Source of the DNA: Bacteroidales bacterium
GTDB lineage: Bacteria > Bacteroidota > Bacteroidia > Bacteroidales > VadinHA17
Length of the DNA stretch: 64,000 bases
Reading direction: 5' to 3'
Assembly: GCA_020201035.1 (NCBI GenBank)
Contig: JAIVHO010000031.1
Location: 294,122-358,121, forward strand
Shown: one piece after another, positions 1-8,623 of the stretch
Layout: each line of letters begins with the position of its first letter
Numbering within the stretch: the first letter of the stretch is position 1
The notes under the pieces: model-generated
The model's input: the letters and a program-made list of their open reading frames with translations, nothing else
What the model was told of the DNA's origin: nothing
Database searches by the model: none
Translations under genes and position numbers: made by a program

Positions 1-2311
1 CATTAAAGTAGTCACTGTATCCTGCTACCCTCACAATAAGGTCGCCATACAGTTCAGGGTGAGCCTGTGCATCCCTGAGAGTATCGGCATCAACCACATT
101 AAACTGAATATGGTGTCCGTCAAGCCTGAAGTAGCTTCTGATCAGCGCCGTAAGCTTCTCGTAGCTCCCCTCCTCGTTAAAAAACTGGGGACTGAACTTC
201 TGGTTAAGCAGTGTACCACCTGTTCTCAGGTGATCAAGCTTTGATGCTGATTTGATTACGGCGGTAGGCCCGAGTCTGTCAACACCCTGGAACGGACTTA
301 TACCTTCTGACAGAGGCACATACTGTTTCCTTCCGTCAGGTGTTGCTCCTATTACGCTTCCAAAATAGACATGCGAAGTGGTAGGCAACAGGTTTATCCT
401 GTGAACACCTCCCCTTGGGGTAGATCTCCCGTTAACGGCATCGTAGAATATTTCAAATACCTGCACGGCATTTTCATCAGCATAATCATCATCATTCCCG
501 TATTTGGGTGTATTGAAAATGAACTCATACTGCATATCCTCATGACCCTCAAAGTTGGCCTTCATTGCCTCCTGCATCTGTGCCCATCCGAATTTGCGCT
601 TGTCATAGATATTATACCTGATGGAGGTAAGCATATCGGTAATGCTGCCAAGGCCCACACCCTGTATATAGGTTGTATTGTATCTTGCCCCTCCGCAATT
701 ATAGTCGCGTCCGTTGGCAATACAATCCTCCACCAGCAGCGAAAGGAAAGGCACGGGCAGGAACTTGCCAAACAGGGACTCAATAACATTATTGCCCCTC
801 ACCTTGATATCCACAAAGTAGTTGAGCTGTGTCTTAAATGCCTCCATCAGTTCCCCGAAAGTGGTGAACTCCTTTACGCAACCGGTTCTTAATCCGATAA
901 CCTCACCGGTACGTTTATCTGTACCATCATTCAGTGTCACCTCAAGCACCTTGGGCAGATTAAAATAACCTGACAGCCAGTAGCTCTCTGTCCCGAAGGC
1001 GCCTGTTTCAACGCACCCCGAAGCTCCGCCGTTCCTTGCATCGGTAATTGATTTACCCTGTCTGAGAAGCTCCTGAATGATTGCATCGGTATTAAAGCAG
1101 GAGGGCTGACCGAAGCCTGTCCTGATAATATCCAGTGCCTTGTGCACAAACCTGTCAGGATTTTTTTTGCTTATCTGAACCATTGAACTGGGCTGAAGTA
1201 TCCTCATCTCCCTGATCACATCAAGAAGCATATAGGACATCTCATTTACAGCATCTGTTCCTTCAGGTGTTACGCCACCAAGGTTAATAAGACAGAAATC
1301 GGTATATGTATTGCTCTCCAGTGCTGTTACACCGATCTTTGGAGGAGCGGGATGGTTATTGAATTTAACCCAGAAGCTTCCGAGAAACTCCCATGCCTGC
1401 TCCTTTGTAACAACTCCGTTCTTAAGGTCATTACTGTAAACCGGGAAAAGGTGCTGATCGAGCCTGCCTGGATTAAAAGAGTCCCACGGATTCAGCTCTG
1501 TCACCACACCAAGGTGAATAAACCAGTAGTGCTGAAGCATCTCATGAAATGTTTCCGGGGCACTGGCAGGCACTTTGCGGCAAACACGCGCCATCTCCTT
1601 CAGTTCACCCTTCCTGGTGTTGTCCTGGCAATCTGCTGCCAGCCTGTCAAGCTCCTCTGCATGACGCTCTGCATACATAATAATGGCATCACACGCGATA
1701 TCCATTGCCTTCAGCTCATCCCTCTTATCAGATGCTGCAGGATCACTGAAATAGTCGAGTCCCTGCAGACTCTCCTCTATCTCCCTCTTCAGATCCCTGA
1801 ATCCTGTTTTGAAAAGCTTGTATCCCAGTACCGTGTGACCCGGTGCCCTCTGCTCCTGGAACTCGGTGAACACCCCTGACTTATATGCCTTTTTCCAGGC
1901 AGGTGTCATATACTCCATTATGCGGTCACGATTGCTTTTTCCCTTCCAGAATGGTATTATCTCATCCCGGTAGATATTTCTGACCTCATCATCAACCTTG
2001 AAGAAGACTTTCTCCCTGCTGTCAAGAACATCAAGATCCTCAAGGGAATGCAGGCTGATCTCAGGATAAGTAGGTGTTGCCTTGGGTGCAGGCCCCCTCT
2101 CACCCACTATCAGTTCACCATCATTGATGCAAATCTTCTTGTGCCTCAGAATATAGTCAAAAGCCCTTGCGCGCTTTACAGGGGCACACAATTCTCTGGC
2201 CTCATCGCTGGCATAAAATTTTGTAACCAGCACTGCCCTTTCTGCTGAGATGGTCTCAACGGCATTAAGACTCTCATCTCTCAGTTTTCTTACTCTTTCA
2301 CTTAGTACCAT
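1..2311 (-). CDS. glycyl radical enzyme, PFL2 / B12-independent dehydratase / HypD-like class (C-terminal ~30 aa run off the window)
   Basis: Absent from the ORF track because it is truncated by the window edge. Hand translation of the reverse complement from ATG at 2311 gives an uninterrupted 770-codon frame (MVLSERVRKLRDESLNAVETISAERAVLVTKFY...). Cys loop is GGASGCVE (Cys codon 1013-1015, Glu 1007-1009). Glycyl-radical motif is LIVRVAGYSDYFN (nt 1-45). It has a single Cys plus Glu, not the CC pair of true PFL. Confidence 0.92.
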   Translation of the reverse strand, partial: MVLSERVRKLRDESLNAVETISAERAVLVTKFYASDEARELCAPVKRARAFDYILRHKKICINDGELIVGERGPAPKATPTYPEISLHSLEDLDVLDSREKVFFKVDDEVRNIYRDEIIPFWKGKSNRDRIMEYMTPAWKKAYKSGVFTEFQEQRAPGHTVLGYKLFKTGFRDLKREIEESLQGLDYFSDPAASDKRDELKAMDIACDAIIMYAERHAEELDRLAADCQDNTRKGELKEMARVCRKVPASAPETFHEMLQHYWFIHLGVVTELNPWDSFNPGRLDQHLFPVYSNDLKNGVVTKEQAWEFLGSFWVKFNNHPAPPKIGVTALESNTYTDFCLINLGGVTPEGTDAVNEMSYMLLDVIREMRILQPSSMVQISKKNPDRFVHKALDIIRTGFGQPSCFNTDAIIQELLRQGKSITDARNGGASGCVETGAFGTESYWLSGYFNLPKVLEVTLNDGTDKRTGEVIGLRTGCVKEFTTFGELMEAFKTQLNYFVDIKVRGNNVIESLFGKFLPVPFLSLLVEDCIANGRDYNCGGARYNTTYIQGVGLGSITDMLTSIRYNIYDKRKFGWAQMQEAMKANFEGHEDMQYEFIFNTPKYGNDDDYADENAVQVFEIFYDAVNGRSTPRGGVHRINLLPTTSHVYFGSVIGATPDGRKQYVPLSEGISPFQGVDRLGPTAVIKSASKLDHLRTGGTLLNQKFSPQFFNEEGSYEKLTALIRSYFRLDGHHIQFNVVDADTLRDAQAHPELYGDLIVRVAGYSDYFN

Positions 2312-2440
2312 ATTATTAATCTGTTAATTCCGTAATTATTAAAACCCTGATTTGCTTTTGTGACCTTCACCTGGCACAACTACTTCTCTTTGCTTTCTGA
2401 TTATTTTTTTCAGTCTGATTTTTCTTCTGTTTTTCAGGTC

Positions 2441-3247
2441 TCAGCCCCCTATTCTGACTGTTAATCCGTTCTCCCCGAAAAACTCTTTCAGCTCATGCAT
2501 CCTGCTGCCTGAAGGCTGACCAGTGCCACTCATCCTGTATTCCATATTGAATCGTTTATACTTTGAGGATCCGATATGATGGTAAGGCAGCAGATCCATT
2601 TCGGTCACAAAATCCCTGTTCATTCCACCCACAAAATCCCTTACCCGGAGAAGATGCTCACTGTCATCATTAAAACCCGGTATTACCGGAAACCTCAGGA
2701 AGATTTTCTTCTTCTCCCTTATCAGCAAATCAAGGTTCTCAAGTATCTGTTCATTGCCCACCCCTGTAAATTCAGTATGCCGGTCACTGTCAAGGTGCTT
2801 AAGGTCAAAAAGAAACAGGTCGGTAAGCGGCATCACCCTGTTCATTACACTGTTTGATGCATATCCGGAGGTATCCAGGGTAGTATGCATTCCCGCATCC
2901 TTAAACAGACTGAGTGACTCAACAAGAAAATCGGCCTGCATCAGGGGCTCACCGCCTGATAAGGTTACTCCTCCACCCGATTCCTCCATAAAAACCCTCT
3001 CCTTTTCAGCAATAGTGAGCAACTCTCCTGCCGTGTAGTATTTCCCGACCTCCTCGGTAACCCTGAACTCTCTCTCTCCTATTCTGTCAATCCTTTCCAC
3101 CCTCTGCGGCTTCGGCGAAATGCCTTCAGGGTTGTGACACCACCAACAGTTAAGAGGACAACCCTTCAGGAAGAATGTTATCCTTATACCGGGCCCGTCG
3201 TGTATTGCGTATCGCTTAATATTGAAAACCAATCCTTTCATAAACAT
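2441..3247 (-). CDS. glycyl-radical enzyme activating enzyme (radical SAM)
   Basis: YAIHDGPGIRITFFLKGCPLNCWWCHNPE (CX3CX2C), GGGVTLSGGEPL and LLPYHHIGSSKY motifs. The likely start is MFMKGLVFN at 3247 rather than the longest ORF start at 3301. It lies 129 nt upstream of the GRE on the same strand. Confidence 0.9.
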   Translation of the reverse strand: MFMKGLVFNIKRYAIHDGPGIRITFFLKGCPLNCWWCHNPEGISPKPQRVERIDRIGEREFRVTEEVGKYYTAGELLTIAEKERVFMEESGGGVTLSGGEPLMQADFLVESLSLFKDAGMHTTLDTSGYASNSVMNRVMPLTDLFLFDLKHLDSDRHTEFTGVGNEQILENLDLLIREKKKIFLRFPVIPGFNDDSEHLLRVRDFVGGMNRDFVTEMDLLPYHHIGSSKYKRFNMEYRMSGTGQPSGSRMHELKEFFGENGLTVRIGG

Positions 3248-3701
3248 TCTTATCCCTTGAAAATAAAAAACTGAGTATACCGGATGCAAAACTCCGGTCA
3301 CGGGGAACTAATGTCAGGATTGAGCATAGAACATACGGCACTCATACAACCTGCGACCCAGGCGATTTAACATAAATCTGTATCTGTATGAATTAACCAT
3401 ATATGTGTAATTTCAATGTGCAAGTTACAATATTTTTTATTTACCCAACATGAGTATGCTTTAAAAACATACACTCTGCTATCGGAAAAATTTCGGAATC
3501 CGGATGGAGCAGATTCAAGGCGGATCCCCTTTAACAAAACATTAACACCTCAATATGCAATATTAGATTATCATTTAAGTCTTTATTATACGAAAAGGAG
3601 TCTGGCAGCTGTTATCTCAGTTTTGTGAAGGCTTAAGTAAAAGCAGCCATTACGGGATGCTCATCTGGTGAAAAGAAGTTCAGGGATCGTGAGAACCCGG
3701 A

Positions 3702-3835
3702 GCAGAAGAACCCGGGGCAGAGAAAAAGTGGCAGAAGAACCCGGGGCAGAGAAAAAGTGGCAGAAGAACCCGGACCAGAGAAAAAGTGGCAGAAGAACCC
3801 GGACCAGAGAAAAAGTGGCAGAAGAACCCGGGGCG
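3702..3835. repeat. 29-bp tandem repeat, about 4.6 copies (GCAGAAGAACCCGGRRCAGAGAAAAAGTG)
   Basis: Unit starts at 3702, 3731, 3760, 3789 and 3818. The period is not a multiple of 3. It sits in the divergent intergenic region between the activase and the carboxyltransferase. Confidence 0.95.
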
Positions 3836-3859
3836 GTGAACAAGGGGCAGGTAGCTTTA

Positions 3860-3947
3860 GGCAGACAAACCTGAGGCAGGGAGTCTGAGACAGATAAGCC
3901 TGAGGCAGACAAACCTGAGGCAGGGAGTCTGAGGCAGATAAGCCTGA
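3860..3947. repeat. 44-bp tandem repeat, 2 copies plus a degenerate tail to about 3975 (GGCAGACAAACCTGAGGCAGGGAGTCTGAGRCAGATAAGCCTGA)
   Basis: Units at 3860-3903 and 3904-3947 differ at one position. Each unit is built of three sub-repeats of about 14.7 bp (CCTGAGGCAGAnAA). Confidence 0.95.
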
Positions 3948-4410
3948 ATCAGATAAACACGATGCAGATAGAAGAAAAAGAGAGAAGCCATCTGCATACC
4001 TCCGGGCCGGATAAATGAAAAAATGTTTCTTCGATAGTTAAGTTTTAGGTTTGAGTAGCAGGAGTGTCCACAGGGCACCCTGCTTTTCTTTATCCGGACC
4101 TTAAACTGCAAATAACTTCTCTGCTTACGGTAAAGGTAAAATTAAAGATTAGTTATCCCAAAAACAAATCATTGCCCGATTACTTTATCAAACTATACCA
4201 TCACAGGAAAAAAGGATAAAGGTCAGGAAACTGTTTCATCTAATTAACTATTTTTACCGGTTCAGTTTTTTATTAGTAATATGGGGTATTTTTTTCCTGC
4301 AACAGTAAATGGAGGGTCTATCTTGCGGTAGATAACAACTAATCTCTCAATAAGCCAATATTTATCACCACGCATTACAGTACTCTGAAATATGATAACT
4401 TCATAATAAA

Positions 4411-6168
4411 ATGACAAAAAGAAAAATAAGATTCAGTCTGGTATACAGGGATATGTGGCAATCTTCAGGCAAATACCAGCCACGCGTTGACCAGCTCAGA
4501 AGAGTTGCACCACATATTGTGGAGATGGGATGTTTTGACCGGATTGAGACAAACGGAGGTGCTTTTGAACAGGTTCAGCTGCTCTACGGTGAGAACCCGA
4601 ACAAGGCGGTAAGGGAGTGGACAAGGATATTCAATGAAGCAGGAATAGAGACACATATGCTTGAGAGAGCGCTCAATGGTATCAGAATGTTTCCTGTACC
4701 TGCTGATGTTCGCCGTTTAATGTTCAGGGTAAAAAAGGCACAGGGAGTAGATATAGCAAGATCTTTCTGTGGCCTTAATGATCACAGGAACCTCGAACTA
4801 TCCATTAAATATGCCCGGGAGGCCGGCATGATCTCACAGGCAACCCTCTCAATAACATACTCCCCGGTACACACCGTTAAATACTATATGGATGTTGTAG
4901 ACAGGGTTGTTGAATACGGAACAGATGAGATATGTCTGAAAGATATGGCCGGAGTAGGCCGGCCTGCAATGCTGGGAGAGCTTGTCAGATCCATCAGGAA
5001 GAAGTATCCCGATCTGGTTATTCAGTATCACGGTCATGTTGGACCGGGTCTCTCTATGGCATCTATGTACGAAGTTGCCCATGCCGGCGTTGACTACCTG
5101 GATGTTGCAATGGAGCCACTGAGCTGGGGAATGGTGCATCCTGACGTTATTGCAGTACAGGCAATGCTCAGGGATGCAGGGTTTGATGTACCCGATATCA
5201 ATATGGATGCATATATGAAAGTGAGGTCCCTGACAAAGGAGTTTATGGACGACTTCCTCGGATACTTTATTGATCCCCGCAACAGACAGATGACATCGCT
5301 CCTGATTGGCAGCGGGCTGCCGGGCGGAATGATGGGCAGCATGATGGCTGACCTGAAAGGAGTACATACAGGCATCAATAACACCCTTAAAGCAGGAAAC
5401 CAGCCTGAACTTACAGAAGATGAACTTCTTGTGAGGCTCTTTAAGGAGGTTGAGTATATATGGCCCAAAATGGGATACCCGCCCCTGGTTACACCCTTCA
5501 GTCAGTATGTTAAAAATGTGGCCATAATGAACATTATTCAGCTCACAAACGGCAAAGAGCGGTTTTCAATGATTGACAACAATACATGGGATATGTTGCT
5601 GGGCAGGGCAGGCATGCTTCCTGCCACCCCTGCCCCCGAGATACTGGAGATTGCAGAAATGGAAGGAAAGAGTCTGTATACCGGAGTACCCCAGGATAAC
5701 TTCCCCGATCAGCTCAACAAATATATAAAGGAGATGGAGGAGAATGGATGGGACAGGGGGCCTGACGACGAGGAGCTTTTTGAATTTGCAATGCATGAGA
5801 GACAGTACAGGGATTATAAATCTGGTATCGCCAGACAGAGATTTAATGAAGAGATAGAGAGTAAGGCAGATGAAGAGAGAGAGTCACGAAAACAGAAGGT
5901 GGATGATGGCGATAGAAACCCGGACATTATCTATGCGCCATATAACGGCATAATACTCTTCTCAGTTGGAAGCAGCGAATGCATACCAATGGAAACCCTC
6001 GACATAGCCAGGGGCGAGACAGTTACCAAAGGACAGAGAATCTGTTATATGGAATCAGGAACCAACTACAGTGAGATAGTCTCTGACCGCAGCGGAAAAA
6101 TCAGGAAAATGATGTGTAACCATGGTGATTTCCTGATGAAGGGAGAACCGATTATTGAGTTTGCATAG
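4411..6168 (+). CDS. HMGL-like carboxyltransferase (oxaloacetate decarboxylase alpha / pyruvate carboxylase subunit B family) with a degenerate biotinyl-like C-terminal domain
   Basis: YRDMWQS (RDxxQS-type), CLKDMAGVG (carbamyl-Lys motif xKDMAG) and YHGHVGPG (HxH metal ligands). The central PYC_OADA-like region has GLPGGMMGSM and PLVTPFSQYV. The C-terminal 80 aa align to a biotinyl domain, but EAMKM is ESGTN. Confidence 0.8.
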   Translation: MTKRKIRFSLVYRDMWQSSGKYQPRVDQLRRVAPHIVEMGCFDRIETNGGAFEQVQLLYGENPNKAVREWTRIFNEAGIETHMLERALNGIRMFPVPADVRRLMFRVKKAQGVDIARSFCGLNDHRNLELSIKYAREAGMISQATLSITYSPVHTVKYYMDVVDRVVEYGTDEICLKDMAGVGRPAMLGELVRSIRKKYPDLVIQYHGHVGPGLSMASMYEVAHAGVDYLDVAMEPLSWGMVHPDVIAVQAMLRDAGFDVPDINMDAYMKVRSLTKEFMDDFLGYFIDPRNRQMTSLLIGSGLPGGMMGSMMADLKGVHTGINNTLKAGNQPELTEDELLVRLFKEVEYIWPKMGYPPLVTPFSQYVKNVAIMNIIQLTNGKERFSMIDNNTWDMLLGRAGMLPATPAPEILEIAEMEGKSLYTGVPQDNFPDQLNKYIKEMEENGWDRGPDDEELFEFAMHERQYRDYKSGIARQRFNEEIESKADEERESRKQKVDDGDRNPDIIYAPYNGIILFSVGSSECIPMETLDIARGETVTKGQRICYMESGTNYSEIVSDRSGKIRKMMCNHGDFLMKGEPIIEFA

Positions 6169-6231
6169 GGTTTATTTAACCCTGCAGTCTGTGTTTAATT
6201 ATTTTATACATTTGCTGTAATTCAGCAATTG

Positions 6232-8301
6232 ATGCCGGAAGTGATGAATAGGGGGAAAGCTTTAATTATACTACTTGTTTTACTCGCAGCAACATCCACT
6301 GCTCAACCTATAGTAGAACACGGCATTATTAACCTCACAAACAGGGAATTAATTAACAACAAGGTAATTACCCTGAACGGAAACTGGGAATTTTTCTGGA
6401 ACCAGCATCTCACTCCTTCGGATTTCACCGGTAATAATAACATCTCTCCCGATATTTACGGATATGTCCCTGCCTACTGGACCTCTTATGCCGATACCAT
6501 CAGGGAGATTACCCCGCAGGGCTTTGCCACCTATCGCCTGAGAATTCTGCTTCCTGAATACTTCAGGAACAATATAACCTTTAAAGTTCCGGTATTTGAG
6601 TCATCCTATCGCATTTATATTGACGGTAAGATGATGGGATCCAACGGCCTGCCCGGTACCCGACACGGTGAAACAAAACCGGGATATAAGCCCGCCATCA
6701 TCGATTATTTCCCTCTTAACGACACCATAGAGATAATAATCAATGTCTCCAATTACCACCACCGGAGGGGCGGGTTCTGGCAACCCATGGCGGTAGGATT
6801 GTCAGAAGAGATGCATAATTATATTACCAGGGAAAGGGCTTTCTCATCATCAGCAATAGGTATGCTGGCGGCATTCAGCGGTTTCTTTTTTATCTTCTTT
6901 CTGATATTCCGGCGTGACCGTACAATGCTCTACTTCTCCCTGGCTACAGCAGGCATTATGATTAGGTCTCTATTCACCGGCTATTTCACAGCCATGGCCT
7001 TTATAAATATTCCATGGATATGGATAGTAAGAATGGAATACACAGGCACTTACCTGGCTCTGATATTCAGCCTTCTCTACTTTCTCAGGATGTTCGGCGA
7101 CCCTTTTATAAAATATATCAATGCAGTCCTGATCTCTCTTTTCGGATCACTGATTCTGGTTGTTAACTCCACACCGGTGACCTTTTTCTCCTATTCAATA
7201 CTTATATTCTATCCTGTCATCATTGTCACCCTGCTCTACTATAGTTTAAGGAGCCTGATGGTTCTGATCACCAAACGCAATTACGAAGGACTGATGGCAC
7301 CCGGATTTCTTATTCTGATCACCGGCACGCTTAATGATATTCTGAACGCATCTTCAGTAAGCCTGATAACAAGGGATTATATACTACCCTATGCGGTACT
7401 CATCTTTATTATGATACAGGCCGTGATACTTATTTTCAAATGGGTAAGATCATTTAACGAAGAGAAGAGGTTGCATGATGAGATTGAAAATATTAATTCC
7501 AATCTGGAAAAACTGGTTATTGAACGTACCACCGAACTTACAAATCAGAAGGGAATACTGCAGCGACAGTATGAATTGATTGATAACAGGAAGAGGGAAC
7601 TCGAAAAGAGTATCCAGATTAAAAACAGGGTTTTCTCAATTATTGCCCATGACCTTAAGACGCCTGTTCTGACACTGAAACTGATGCTCGACAACTACCT
7701 GGAAAACCCCGACAAAAAGAGATTTAACCAGATCACCGCCACCCTCCGTAGTCAGTCTGATAACGCCCTGGACCTGATCGAAAACCTTCTTCTCTGGGGT
7801 CAGGCTCAGCAGGACAGTATAGCCTATAACCCCGGGGTATACAATATGACTGATATTATCCTGAAAAGCTTTAATCTTTTTCGCAAGACTGCAGAGGAAA
7901 AGGAGATTACCCTTAGCTATTCACACCGCGGAGATCCTCGGGCTATCTGTGATATTGACCTGACCGATATTGTACTCAGAAACCTGATCTCAAACTCTAT
8001 CAAGTTTACCGGCAGAGGGGGCAATATCTCCGTTACGGTGACTGAACCTCCACTTAAAAACGGCACCATTGATATCTCCGTCAGGGATAACGGCATTGGT
8101 ATTCCTGATGACAGAGTCAAAACCCTATTCTCCCCTGACAGCTTTTTCAGCACCTTCGGGACAGAAAATGAAAAGGGTACCGGACTGGGACTCCAACTCT
8201 GCTATGAGCTTATAAGAATAAATAAAGGCTCCATCAGGGTTGAAAGTGAGGAGGGTACAGGCACAAAATTCATTATTATGCTTCCGACACCTGCAAAATA
8301 G
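6232..8301 (+). CDS. sensor histidine kinase with 7TMR-DISM extracellular and 7TM domains
   Basis: Signal peptide, an extracellular domain of about 190 aa, seven hydrophobic segments and a coiled coil. H-box FSIIAHDLKTP, N-box LRNLISNSIKFT, DNGIGI and GTGLGL. The ORF-track start at 6229 is TTG; ATG at 6232 or 6244 is more likely. No response regulator is adjacent. Confidence 0.88.
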   Translation: MPEVMNRGKALIILLVLLAATSTAQPIVEHGIINLTNRELINNKVITLNGNWEFFWNQHLTPSDFTGNNNISPDIYGYVPAYWTSYADTIREITPQGFATYRLRILLPEYFRNNITFKVPVFESSYRIYIDGKMMGSNGLPGTRHGETKPGYKPAIIDYFPLNDTIEIIINVSNYHHRRGGFWQPMAVGLSEEMHNYITRERAFSSSAIGMLAAFSGFFFIFFLIFRRDRTMLYFSLATAGIMIRSLFTGYFTAMAFINIPWIWIVRMEYTGTYLALIFSLLYFLRMFGDPFIKYINAVLISLFGSLILVVNSTPVTFFSYSILIFYPVIIVTLLYYSLRSLMVLITKRNYEGLMAPGFLILITGTLNDILNASSVSLITRDYILPYAVLIFIMIQAVILIFKWVRSFNEEKRLHDEIENINSNLEKLVIERTTELTNQKGILQRQYELIDNRKRELEKSIQIKNRVFSIIAHDLKTPVLTLKLMLDNYLENPDKKRFNQITATLRSQSDNALDLIENLLLWGQAQQDSIAYNPGVYNMTDIILKSFNLFRKTAEEKEITLSYSHRGDPRAICDIDLTDIVLRNLISNSIKFTGRGGNISVTVTEPPLKNGTIDISVRDNGIGIPDDRVKTLFSPDSFFSTFGTENEKGTGLGLQLCYELIRINKGSIRVESEEGTGTKFIIMLPTPAK

Positions 8302-8386
8302 CACGGCTGTACCAATTGTTACACTCCTCCCTCCGGGTTATTACCATCTTTGTACCATATAACCAAAAGCAATAATATGAAACGAA

Positions 8387-8440
8387 CATAATATTTTTAA
8401 GCATAAATATCACAAAAGAATATGCTTAAAAAATATTATG
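8387..8440. other. AT-rich imperfect palindrome (arms of 19-20 nt: CATAATATTTTTAAGCATA / TATGCTTAAAAAATATTATG)
   Basis: The arms are reverse complements apart from one extra A/T. The loop is 15 nt. It lies 86 nt downstream of the histidine kinase stop. Confidence 0.6.
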
Positions 8441-8479
8441 CGGGAGTGAAGCGGTTCCATTCGTTCTCAAATTATTAAT

Positions 8480-8569
8480 CCACCTTCGCGTTCCGCTTCG
8501 GCGGACGAGAGGGTGTGGTTAAATTCCCCGGGGCTTGCCCCGGAAAGAAAGGTCCAGGGCTTGCCCTGG
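8480..8569 (+). other. cluster of three GC-rich stem-loops (possible structured RNA, REP-like element or leader)
   Basis: A long hairpin at 8480-8518 (CCACCTTCGCGTTCCGC-TTCG-GCGGACGAGAGGGTGTGG) with a C(UUCG)G tetraloop. Twin hairpins CCGGGG-CTTG-CCCCGG (8528-8543) and CCAGGG-CTTG-CCCTGG (8554-8569). Confidence 0.5.
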
Positions 8570-8623
8570 GGTATAATACCATTTATTTAACTTCTTGTCA
8601 GATAATTACAAAATTTTAAACGT

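Noticed and set aside
371-1879. Plus-strand ORFs 371-892 (173 aa) and 1352-1879 (175 aa) listed in the ORF track.
   Set aside because: They are antisense to an uninterrupted 770-codon glycyl-radical-enzyme frame with clear catalytic motifs. Their translations are low-complexity and have no recognisable motifs.
3661-4111. ORFs 3661-3912(-), 3668-3874(+) and 3857-4111(-) across the divergent intergenic region.
   Set aside because: They are generated by 29-bp and 44-bp tandem repeats, and those periods are not multiples of three. The repeated peptide pattern is an artefact.
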